Source of the DNA: Candidatus Stygibacter australis
GTDB taxonomy: Bacteria > Cloacimonadota > Cloacimonadia > Cloacimonadales > TCS61
Reading direction: 5' to 3'
DNA: 64,000 nt
Assembly: GCA_030765845.1 (NCBI GenBank)
Contig: JAVCDJ010000042.1
Coordinates: forward strand, 2,310-66,309
In this document: positions 1 to 8,128 of the stretch, piece by piece
Layout: each line of letters begins with the position of its first letter
Numbering within the stretch: the first letter of the stretch is position 1
The notes under the pieces: generated by a model
The model's input: only the letters and a program-made list of their open reading frames with translations
Told to the model about the DNA's origin: nothing
Database searches by the model: none
Translations under genes and position numbers: made by a program

Positions 1-1131
1 ATAAGTGTAAATGAAGGACATGGAGTAGTAGCAATATCATCAGTGATCAGAAGATACAATTTTAATGACAATGATATAAACAATAATGGCAGCATAGAGA
101 TCTACGCTTCAGCAGAAAATATGAGACAACTGGAAAATGGAGGAAACATAATAGAAGATGACAGTTACGTGATCCCTCCTTCAGTTATTCCCTTAAGTAT
201 CTGGAAGTATTACTCGGATTTTGACAGATATATACTTGCTGCTGAATATGCAGACAGTCTGATGAACGTATTTGGAAATACAATACCAGACAGTACAGAT
301 TCGCTGAGATTCTATCCATCAGATACACTCTATGTATTTACCGAATCAAGAAATTCATCTTATAATGCAGGCATAGCTGCCTATAATAATGGAGAGTATA
401 ACACTGCTGTAGCCGAATTAAGTGAATATATCAGTGAGAATCCCTATATAAACAGGTCACATTCTGCTTTACCTTACTTATATTTTGCAGAAAGAAGAAC
501 TTCAGGGAACATGGCAGGTTACAGGCAATTCTCAGATACTTCTCTGCCATATACAACAGCCGACACACTGATGTACTGGCAAATGAAATTGCTTTATGCT
601 GATTCATATCTGGCAGATCATGACTATTCAGAAGCAATAGAATCTTATCAGGAGATACTTGAAAACGAACCATCCTATGACGATTCGCTTCAGGCTGCCA
701 TCATGCAGGGGTATGCATATTTGAAGTTCACGCAGGAAGGCGAAAGAAATAGTAATATTGAATGCTTAATTCAGACATCAACCCTGGAGGACTATTGTGA
801 TTACCTGCTGCATTGTACTGATGAAGAAACAGGCAATGAAGAAGTGATTCCTGTAATATCTAGAGTGTTCAATTACCCCAATCCCTTCAATCCTGATACG
901 AAGATATGTTTTCAGTTGAGAGAACCATCAGAGAGAGTCACAGTAACAGTATATAATATCAAAGGACAAAAGGTGTGGGAATATACTGAGTATGATCTGG
1001 AAAGGGGGAAACAAGAAGTGGTATGGACAGGAGTAAACCGAAGTGGCAGGCAGGTAGCATCAGGTGTTTATCTTTACCGAATCAAAGCTGACGGATGTAA
1101 ACGGGCGAGTAAGATGTTATTATTGAAATAG
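1..1131 (+). CDS. TPR-like secreted protein with T9SS-type C-terminal sorting domain (5' end outside window)
   Basis: Frame 1 is open from nt 1 (ISVNEGHGVV precedes the listed Met at 43), so the gene starts upstream of the window. TPR-like repeats AAYNNGEYNTAVAELSEYISENP and YADSYLADHDYSEAIESYQEILENEPS. C-terminal signature YPNPFNPDTKICF..VTVYNIKGQKVW..SGVYLYRIKA..KMLLLK. Confidence 0.7.
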   Translation: MSVNEGHGVVAISSVIRRYNFNDNDINNNGSIEIYASAENMRQLENGGNIIEDDSYVIPPSVIPLSIWKYYSDFDRYILAAEYADSLMNVFGNTIPDSTDSLRFYPSDTLYVFTESRNSSYNAGIAAYNNGEYNTAVAELSEYISENPYINRSHSALPYLYFAERRTSGNMAGYRQFSDTSLPYTTADTLMYWQMKLLYADSYLADHDYSEAIESYQEILENEPSYDDSLQAAIMQGYAYLKFTQEGERNSNIECLIQTSTLEDYCDYLLHCTDEETGNEEVIPVISRVFNYPNPFNPDTKICFQLREPSERVTVTVYNIKGQKVWEYTEYDLERGKQEVVWTGVNRSGRQVASGVYLYRIKADGCKRASKMLLLK

Positions 1132-1142
1132 CATTGAGTCAG

Positions 1143-1179
1143 AAGTGAGACGTGAGAAGATATTTCTTGCGTCTCACTT
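1143..1179 (+). terminator. Intercistronic hairpin AAGTGAGACG...CGTCTCACTT (copy 1); possible terminator or processing site
   Basis: 10-bp perfect stem at 1143-1152/1170-1179, 12 nt after the upstream stop codon. No U-tract follows. The same hairpin recurs at 3358-3391. Confidence 0.4.
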
Positions 1180-1195
1180 AAATATCGAGGTATAT

Positions 1196-3346
1196 ATGAA
1201 AAATATTCTTGTTCTTCTATTATTAGTATCGAGTATTGTTATTTTGCAGGCAACAGAGATATATGGCGTGATAGACGAAGATACAACAATAGGACCGGAA
1301 GGTAATCCCTGGTATGTGACTCACAATCTTACTGTAAATGAAGATGCTGCCTTGATTATACTTCCTGGAACGGAGATTTATATAACAGCAGTTAACTCTG
1401 ATGATTTCTGGAATTTTGCAGAGACAGGCGGAGGAGAGGCGGATGCAAAGGTTATTACCATATATGGTTCAATAACAGCAGTAGGAACTGAGTCAGACAG
1501 TATATTATTCACCCGTTACCCGAATACACGAAATTATAGATGGGGCGGTATACGCATGAATAGTCAAAATCCCGAAGTATCACATTACCGGCATTGTATA
1601 GTAGAATATACGGCTTTTTACAGTGATGGTGCAAGTTACCCATCTGCCGGTATATCCTCTAATATTGGAATTGATATAACGGATTGCAGATTCAAAGACA
1701 ATTATCGAAGTATAAGAATATATAGTCACGATATTGCAGAATATCCATCATTAATATATAATTGCAGCTTCTTTAATTCTGGAGATAAAATAATTTACTA
1801 TGGGAATGATTCTGATACAGACATTCAGATAACAGATAACGATTATAATATTTCTTCAATTGTTGCGAGGTGCAGTTTTCATGATTGCACTTTTAGTTCA
1901 ATAAGTGGCAGAAATGATTTTGTCTTTAATACATTCAATCATATCAGAAATATCGGTCTTTATAATAATCAGAATTTTTATGGAAATTATCTTGAGAACT
2001 GTACATCATCATTTAATTCAATACGTTGTGATACTTTAACGGCAGGAGTGTTCAGAAAAAACCATCTGGAACACATACATTTATCGGGTATTGATGAATA
2101 TAAAGACATATCTGCCAATAAATTCAACTTTTTTACTGATCTGGATTTTGATGTAAAACCAGACAGCCGGTTTTATAATAATACATCAGAAAACAGCGGT
2201 ATGACTATTTACTGCAATTACGATTCAGCGGGAACTCAGAATATTTATAATAATTTTATGTATGAATCTTCTATTAGTGGTGATATAACAATAGGTGATT
2301 ATAATTATTTCAATAACATATTATTTGGAGATGATGTAGGGATAATATTTCATTTGGACAGTGGCGTATTTAATGGATATAATAATTACACAGATAAATG
2401 GTCATTATGTGCAATGTTAGAAGAAGGTGAAGATACAAATTATTATAATAATATCTTTAATGATGTTGCTGGTTTCATAGAAAATAATTCATATAGATAT
2501 AATAGATATTTTTATAATAATTTCCTAACCTATAATATGCCTGATTTTATCACTGATTGCGGGGGTAATCTGGAGGATATGGATATTGCCCTGGCGGGAG
2601 TGCTCATTGATACCTTAAACCACACATTTGCTCTATCAGACAGCAGTTTATGTATTGATGCGGGGTATGAAGATACCACATTTTGCAATTGGGATTACAG
2701 TTATAATTATAGTCCATTTGATGGTGACGGTGATGGGATAGCGGTAGTAGATATAGGTCCGGTGGAGTATGGCTCATATTTCACGATCGGGTATGTGAAA
2801 TGCACTGTGTCTGATTTACAAGGCGTCCCTTTGGATATTATCCGGGGAGAAGTAGCAGGAGAATGCGTTGAATATACAGGACTTGATGGCAGTTTTGTGA
2901 TGGCATTACCGGGAGGGACATATAATCTTATATTGGACAGTCCCTTTTATCAGCAGGACAGTATATTTGTGGCAGTGAATGTGGCAGATACCAGCTATGT
3001 GAACATGTCCCTGGAAGCTACTTATCCTTTTGTTGGTTCTTATGAAGATGAATTGTCGGAAGTAGATGTTATATCAAATGTGCTGGCATATCCTAATCCC
3101 TTCAATCCTGAGACCAAGATTAGCTTTGAATTAAGCAGTCCTGCAGAAAATGTAACTGTGTCTATCTATAACATCAAAGGTCAGAAGGTCTGGGAGCAGG
3201 AATTGTTAGATATTGATAAAGGCAAGCAGGAAGTAATCTGGACTGGTCAGAATAGAAGTGGCAGACAAGTAGCTTCAGGAGTATACTTATATCGAGTTAA
3301 AGCAGGTAAGGAAAAGAAATCTGCTAAGATGCTATACCTGAAATAG
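1196..3346 (+). CDS. Secreted parallel beta-helix repeat protein with CarboxypepD_reg-like domain and T9SS-type CTD (paralog A)
   Basis: The ORF-track GTG start at 1145 lies inside the hairpin. ATG 1196 gives the signal peptide MKNILVLLLLVSSIVILQA. Asn-ladder repeats NIYNNFMYES, YFNNILFGDD, YYNNIFNDV. Beta-sandwich GYVKCTVSDLQGVPL..GTYNLILDSPFY. CTD YPNPFNPETKISF..IYNIKGQKVW..SGVYLYRVKA..MLYLK. Confidence 0.8.
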   Translation: MKNILVLLLLVSSIVILQATEIYGVIDEDTTIGPEGNPWYVTHNLTVNEDAALIILPGTEIYITAVNSDDFWNFAETGGGEADAKVITIYGSITAVGTESDSILFTRYPNTRNYRWGGIRMNSQNPEVSHYRHCIVEYTAFYSDGASYPSAGISSNIGIDITDCRFKDNYRSIRIYSHDIAEYPSLIYNCSFFNSGDKIIYYGNDSDTDIQITDNDYNISSIVARCSFHDCTFSSISGRNDFVFNTFNHIRNIGLYNNQNFYGNYLENCTSSFNSIRCDTLTAGVFRKNHLEHIHLSGIDEYKDISANKFNFFTDLDFDVKPDSRFYNNTSENSGMTIYCNYDSAGTQNIYNNFMYESSISGDITIGDYNYFNNILFGDDVGIIFHLDSGVFNGYNNYTDKWSLCAMLEEGEDTNYYNNIFNDVAGFIENNSYRYNRYFYNNFLTYNMPDFITDCGGNLEDMDIALAGVLIDTLNHTFALSDSSLCIDAGYEDTTFCNWDYSYNYSPFDGDGDGIAVVDIGPVEYGSYFTIGYVKCTVSDLQGVPLDIIRGEVAGECVEYTGLDGSFVMALPGGTYNLILDSPFYQQDSIFVAVNVADTSYVNMSLEATYPFVGSYEDELSEVDVISNVLAYPNPFNPETKISFELSSPAENVTVSIYNIKGQKVWEQELLDIDKGKQEVIWTGQNRSGRQVASGVYLYRVKAGKEKKSAKMLYLK

Positions 3347-3357
3347 AATTAAGAGAT

Positions 3358-3391
3358 AAGTGAGACGTGAGATATTTTCTTGCGTCTCACT
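3358..3391 (+). terminator. Intercistronic hairpin AAGTGAGACG...CGTCTCACT (copy 2)
   Basis: Same stem sequence as 1143-1179, located 12 nt after the stop of paralog A. The ORF-track GTG start at 3360 falls inside it. Confidence 0.4.
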
Positions 3392-3407
3392 AAATTATGG
3401 AGTAAAT

Positions 3408-5585
3408 ATGAGATATTTATTTATTGTTGCATTATTAATTATAAGAATATCATGCATAGAAGCCACAGAAATTTATGGTATTTTAGATGAAGATACAATA
3501 ATAGGACCAGATGGAAATCCATGGTATGTGACACATAATCTCATAGTGAATGAAGATGCAACTTTGACCATTTTACCCGGAACTGAAATATCTGTTACAG
3601 CCGCATACACTGATGATTACTATAATTTTGTAGCGGACAATAGTGGAGAAGCTGAAGCTAAAGTAATAACAATTTATGGTAAAATATTAGCTATCGGAAC
3701 AGAAGCTGATAGTATATTTTTTACGAGAAATCCGGATTATCCTGATTATCGCTGGGGTGGAATTAGAATATTAAGTGAAAATCCAGAAAACAGTAAATTC
3801 AAGCACTGTGAAATTAAATACACAGCCTATGTTAATGATAATATTGGAGTATCATCTTATGGAATAAATTCACAACCTGGTATATCAATTCAATATTGTT
3901 ATTTGCAAGATAATTATAGAGGAATAAGAATATTTGAATATGAAAACGAATTATATTATCCAACCAATATTTACAATTGTAGTTTTCTAGATACCAATGA
4001 CAGGATTTTATTCCATGGCTATGATGAAGATTTAGCAATAAGACTATGCATAGAGAATGCTTCAAATATTACTCAGATATTTTCATGTGATTTTAATAGT
4101 GCCGGAATTGATTTACTTAGTGGAACTAATGATATAATTAATTGCACTTTTAGTAACATCACCCAACAATTTGGTTTTAGGATTTCCAACAATCATGATT
4201 TTTACGGCAATGAAGTAATCAATTTAACATCCTCATCATTAAATGATGTGGGCAGTTCCTGGACAGACAAGGGCGTATTCAGGAAAAACTATATTCATAG
4301 AGTAAATTGCGGATACGCAATGGAACTGGAGTTAACGGATTGTGAGGAAGTATCCGATAACCACTTCAGTGATCTTAATATCGATATGTATATGATGCCA
4401 GACAGCCGGTTTTATAATAATACATCAGAAAACAGCGGCATGACAATAATGTGCAATTTCGATTCAGCGGGAACTCAGAATATTTATAATAATTTTATGT
4501 ATGAATCTTCTATTAGTGGTGATATAACAATAGGTGATTATAATTATTTTAATAACATATTATTTGGAGATGATGTAGGGATAATATTTCATTTGGACGG
4601 TGGCGTATTTAATGGATATAATAATTACACTGACAAGTGGTCATTATGTGCAATTTTATACGAAGGTGATGATACAAATTATTATAATAATATCTTTAAT
4701 GATGTTGCTGGATTCATAGAAAATAACTTTTATAGATATAATAGAAATTTTTATAACAATTTCCTGACTTATAATATACCTGATTTTATCACTGATTGCG
4801 GGGGTAATCTGGAGGATATGGATATTGCTCTGGCGGGAGTGATCATTGATACCTTAAACCACACATTTGCTCTATCAGACAGCAGTTTATGTATTGATGC
4901 AGGGTATGAAGGCACCACATTTTGCAATTGGGATTATAATTATAATTATAGTCCTTTTGATGGAGATGGTGATGGAGTGGCAGTAGTGGATATTGGTCCG
5001 GTGGAGTATGGTTCATATTTCACGATCGGGTATGTGAAATGCACTGTGTCTGATCTGGATAGCGTCCCTTTGGATATTATCCGGGGAGAAGTAGCAGGAG
5101 AATGCGTGGAATATACTGGGTTAGACGGCAGCTTTGTGATGGGATTGCCGGAAGGGACATATACTTTGAATCTGACCAGTCCTTTTTATGAGAATGACAG
5201 TTTATTTGTGGCAGTGAATGTGGCAGATACCAGCTTTGTAAATATGTCACTGGAAGCTACTTATCCGTTTGTGGAAGCTGATGAAGATGAATTACTGGTA
5301 GTGGAGCTAATTTCTGATGTGGTGGCATATCCCAATCCCTTTAATCCGGAAGTTACAATTTCTTTTTCAACCACAGAGGGCACAGGGAACACAGAGATTT
5401 CAATATTTAATATCAAGGGGCAGCGTCTTCGCACATTCAAAATTCAAAATTCTTCATTCAAAATTAATCAGGTTGTCTGGGATGGTACTGATGAATATGG
5501 CAATAGAGCATCTACGGGAGTTTACCTGTTCAGGATAAAGGCAGGTAACAATGAGCAGGCAGGCAAGATACTGATGCTGAAGTGA
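3408..5585 (+). CDS. Secreted parallel beta-helix repeat protein with CarboxypepD_reg-like domain and T9SS-type CTD (paralog B)
   Basis: ATG 3408 gives the signal peptide MRYLFIVALLIIRISCIEA. Collinear with paralog A. The CTD is a different type: YPNPFNPEVTISFSTTEGTGNTEISIFNIKGQRLR..VVWDGTDEYGNRASTGVYLFRIKAG..ILMLK. Confidence 0.8.
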   Translation: MRYLFIVALLIIRISCIEATEIYGILDEDTIIGPDGNPWYVTHNLIVNEDATLTILPGTEISVTAAYTDDYYNFVADNSGEAEAKVITIYGKILAIGTEADSIFFTRNPDYPDYRWGGIRILSENPENSKFKHCEIKYTAYVNDNIGVSSYGINSQPGISIQYCYLQDNYRGIRIFEYENELYYPTNIYNCSFLDTNDRILFHGYDEDLAIRLCIENASNITQIFSCDFNSAGIDLLSGTNDIINCTFSNITQQFGFRISNNHDFYGNEVINLTSSSLNDVGSSWTDKGVFRKNYIHRVNCGYAMELELTDCEEVSDNHFSDLNIDMYMMPDSRFYNNTSENSGMTIMCNFDSAGTQNIYNNFMYESSISGDITIGDYNYFNNILFGDDVGIIFHLDGGVFNGYNNYTDKWSLCAILYEGDDTNYYNNIFNDVAGFIENNFYRYNRNFYNNFLTYNIPDFITDCGGNLEDMDIALAGVIIDTLNHTFALSDSSLCIDAGYEGTTFCNWDYNYNYSPFDGDGDGVAVVDIGPVEYGSYFTIGYVKCTVSDLDSVPLDIIRGEVAGECVEYTGLDGSFVMGLPEGTYTLNLTSPFYENDSLFVAVNVADTSFVNMSLEATYPFVEADEDELLVVELISDVVAYPNPFNPEVTISFSTTEGTGNTEISIFNIKGQRLRTFKIQNSSFKINQVVWDGTDEYGNRASTGVYLFRIKAGNNEQAGKILMLK

Positions 5586-5597
5586 AAAAAATATTGA

Positions 5598-5695
5598 GTT
5601 AAGATACGAATGTAGATTGACTTAAGATTTTTTTAAGGGCGGAGGTTGCAAAAAAGGTCGCTCTAAAGTCAATCTGATGAATACATCATCTTAAC
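5598..5695. repeat. Nested imperfect inverted repeat downstream of paralog B
   Basis: Outer arms gttaagat (5598-5605) / atcttaac (5688-5695). Inner arms gattgactt (5615-5623) / aagtcaatc (5666-5674). Confidence 0.4.
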
Positions 5696-5922
5696 GTATA
5701 GCTTAGCTGGGTATATCATATTAAGAACGTAAAGACAGAAATAAGATTAAAATATGATTCATATTAGCCGATTTCTACGATTTTGTCCCTAAACTTGTAA
5801 AATCAGGGGAAATTCCCTTTATAACTGCAAAATTATTAATACAAATTATCATAACTCCTTTTATAATAGCGAGATCTGCAACATCTCAATTTCTTTCAAC
5901 CTCTCAGATGGATTTGAGGAGG

Positions 5923-5976
5923 AACAACAAAGCACATAGTGACATTTTTATGTGAGATAGTGCTTTGTTGTTCTGG
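5923..5976. repeat. Palindromic hairpin element, copy 1 (AACAACAAAGCAC...GTGCTTTGTTGTT)
   Basis: 13-bp stem at 5923-5935/5960-5972 with an inner ACAT/ATGT stem and a tttt loop, followed by ctgg. A near-identical element lies at 23340-23393. Confidence 0.7.
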
Positions 5977-6070
5977 GTTATGGTTGTTCTATATGGGGGT
6001 TGGAAACAGGTGTTTTATGGAATAAAAATTGAAATAGTTCATTTTATTAAATCGAATAAAGGATAAAAGG

Positions 6071-6466
6071 AAGGCAGCTTTTGATTAAAAAGCTGCCTTA
6101 TTTGTTATCAGAGGTAATTGAAAAATGAGATTCAATCACCTGGTATTATAAGAATAATTATTCTTGAATCACTTCCACATTAGCGCGGGGGATACTGATT
6201 TTCTTGCCATTATCGAGTTCAGCTTCGAGGATGCGGACCAGGGTTTCAGATTCCACTTTAGTTAGTTCTTCGGGCAGGGCAGTGATCTTACCGATCTCGC
6301 TGAAATTAGGCTGGCTGATGATGCGAATACTAGAGCTGATCTCTTAAGTAGATGACCCTGGTTCTTCCACCACAATGCCATCGATAAATGCTTTCACCTG
6401 AATGGGAATGCGTGGTTCACGCAGCAGCGTTTGAGCCACCAGGTTTTGCTCTTTAACCTAATCACT
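6071..6466 (-). pseudogene. Decayed second copy of the 374-aa gene (3' end plus 3' UTR), with internal deletions and an in-frame stop
   Basis: 6158-6369 aligns to 8129-8340 at about 85% identity, including the stop codon and the EVIQE C-terminus. 6370-6431 aligns to about 8843-8900, and 6432-6466 to 9118-9153. Deletion junctions sit at microhomologies cttcca and gcagcagc. An in-frame TAA replaces Leu (ggg tca tct act taa versus aaa tct tct acc tta). Both 3' UTR hairpins are conserved (6071-6099 and 6112-6140). Confidence 0.85.
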
Positions 6467-7442
6467 CTACGATAGGCTCTGGAGTTAATAAAAACATCTT
6501 ATTTTCAAGATTATAAGCAATATTATAAAATGTAATGCTATTAAAAGGTGACCCCTTAATATGAATTTTCAAATCAGTAAAATGCTTATCATAACCAGGA
6601 TACGTTTCAATATTTATTGAACTAATTGTAAAATTGGTATCTTCTTTCACTAATTTTTGTCGTAAATTATTCCATCTATCAGATAATCCGTCCCAACCCT
6701 TTCTGGCATTCCCACATTCTGGACAAATATATTGCTTATGAGCAGGAATACTATTTGATAAAAGGCATGTATAACAGAATACGCTCCCACAGATTTCACA
6801 TTTAAAATACAAATTATTAATAAGATTTTTTGTCTCTTCGGGCAAAGGTTTACGGTTTAAAATTTGGGAATTTGGTATAGAGCCATAGAAACTATTGGCA
6901 ATATCAGATTTTCTTTGACAAATTGAACATTCCACAGATGTGGAAAATTGTCCCTTTTTCTTTTCATTTAACAAATATTGCCATCTCTTTTTTTTATACT
7001 TTTGTAGTACATGTGGAACTATATATTGGCAAACATCAATAATTTGATCATCTTTACTTGTCATATCTGTTGTCTTACTGCAAAAAACATTTTTGTAATA
7101 TTTTTCACATAGCTTCTCGATATCATTAGCGAAAAAAAACTCAGATGCTCTTAGCGCTCGTGATGAACTTGATAAAATTAATGCAATTCCCAATAAAATC
7201 ATAACTATACCACCTATCAGGGATATAATACCATATGGAAGTATGGCATTGCCAAATACATCTGCACAACCATAGATAAATAAAATCGGACCAATAATGG
7301 TTATTGCAATTGCCAAACCTAGATTGCTGAGTGCTTTTGATTTTTTTATTTGTGTGATTATACTTCTAGCATCAGTCAAATCATGATGATCAAAAAAATC
7401 AATAGTTTCAGCAATTTCCTTTTTTAGTAACTTGTCTTCCAT
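6462..7442 (-). CDS. Orphan membrane protein with C-terminal Cys-rich zinc-ribbon region
   Basis: Strong SD aaggaggtg about 7 nt upstream of the ATG. Two hydrophobic helices (LGLAIAITIIGPILFIYG; ILPYGIISLIGGIVMILLGIALIL). CxxC motifs CSIC, CEIC..CYTC, CPEC. Clearly more AT-rich than its neighbours. I recognise no family. Confidence 0.6.
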   Translation of the reverse strand: MEDKLLKKEIAETIDFFDHHDLTDARSIITQIKKSKALSNLGLAIAITIIGPILFIYGCADVFGNAILPYGIISLIGGIVMILLGIALILSSSSRALRASEFFFANDIEKLCEKYYKNVFCSKTTDMTSKDDQIIDVCQYIVPHVLQKYKKKRWQYLLNEKKKGQFSTSVECSICQRKSDIANSFYGSIPNSQILNRKPLPEETKNLINNLYFKCEICGSVFCYTCLLSNSIPAHKQYICPECGNARKGWDGLSDRWNNLRQKLVKEDTNFTISSINIETYPGYDKHFTDLKIHIKGSPFNSITFYNIAYNLENKMFLLTPEPIVE

Positions 7443-8042
7443 CTAACTCACCTCCTTGAGTTTTAATCACTATTTTTTAATTATGGCCAAGACAGTACAA
7501 TCTGGAACTCGCCGACACATTGCGAATGTCTAAACATTCGCATTAGGCAACCCCACGTCTATTGCCATCCTGACAATACAGAAATAATCCCGGAAAGAAG
7601 CAGTATTTATAAAGCGAAAAAATATTTTTGCTTTAGAAAATTCTGAGTGACAAAGATCATCGATTGCAAGGGTTTACCACCCATCCATAAATTCTCAGCA
7701 AAGTAATTTTCTATTTATAATCTTTCATTTGGTAATATGTGCATTGAAACTATATTCATAATAACCACCTAATTAGTATGCCAAAAATACTATTCGAATA
7801 TTTTATTTCCTCTCTTAATCTTCTTGTCAAGTAAATTGTGCTTTGCTGGAGAATCTCATTTTAATACTACACTGTCCAAGCTGATTCCTACAATAATTGA
7901 CTTCTTCCACTTTCACATCTTCAAGAAAGATTACTCTGGGAAATGGAAGAAATGTGTTAAAGAAGTGGAAGTGGTGAATTAGCAGAAAGGGAGTCAGGGG
8001 AAATGTTTGTTAATAGCATATAATATAATGAGTGTAAAAGCA

Positions 8043-8110
8043 AAGGCAGCTTTTGAATACAAGCTGCCTTTTGGTTTATCTGCAGTAATTGAAAGTGAAA
8101 ATTCAATTAC
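8043..8110 (-). terminator. Two 3' UTR hairpins downstream of the 374-aa gene
   Basis: gtaattgaa/ttcaattac at 8085-8093/8102-8110 and aaggcagct/agctgcctt at 8043-8051/8062-8070. On the minus strand the second is followed by tgctttt. Confidence 0.55.
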
Positions 8111-8128
8111 CTGATCAAAAACAATTAA

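Noticed and set aside
5317-5538. Alternate-frame ORFs in the sorting-domain regions (5317-5538 plus strand and 43426-43617 minus strand), both reading PQRAQ.TQR.
   Set aside because: They exist only because the two CTDs share conserved DNA. The annotated frame encodes the full CTD signature, while the alternate frames are basic, low-complexity sequence.
1196-5585. The near-identical block in the tandem paralogs as a diversity-generating retroelement template/variable repeat pair.
   Set aside because: No reverse transcriptase lies nearby, and the mismatches between the copies are of all substitution types rather than concentrated at adenines.
5923-5976. The palindromic hairpin elements as integron attC sites.
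   Set aside because: The ends do not fit the RYYYAAC / GTTRRRY core consensus (GTTGTTC has pyrimidines where purines are required). No intI gene or cassette organisation is present.
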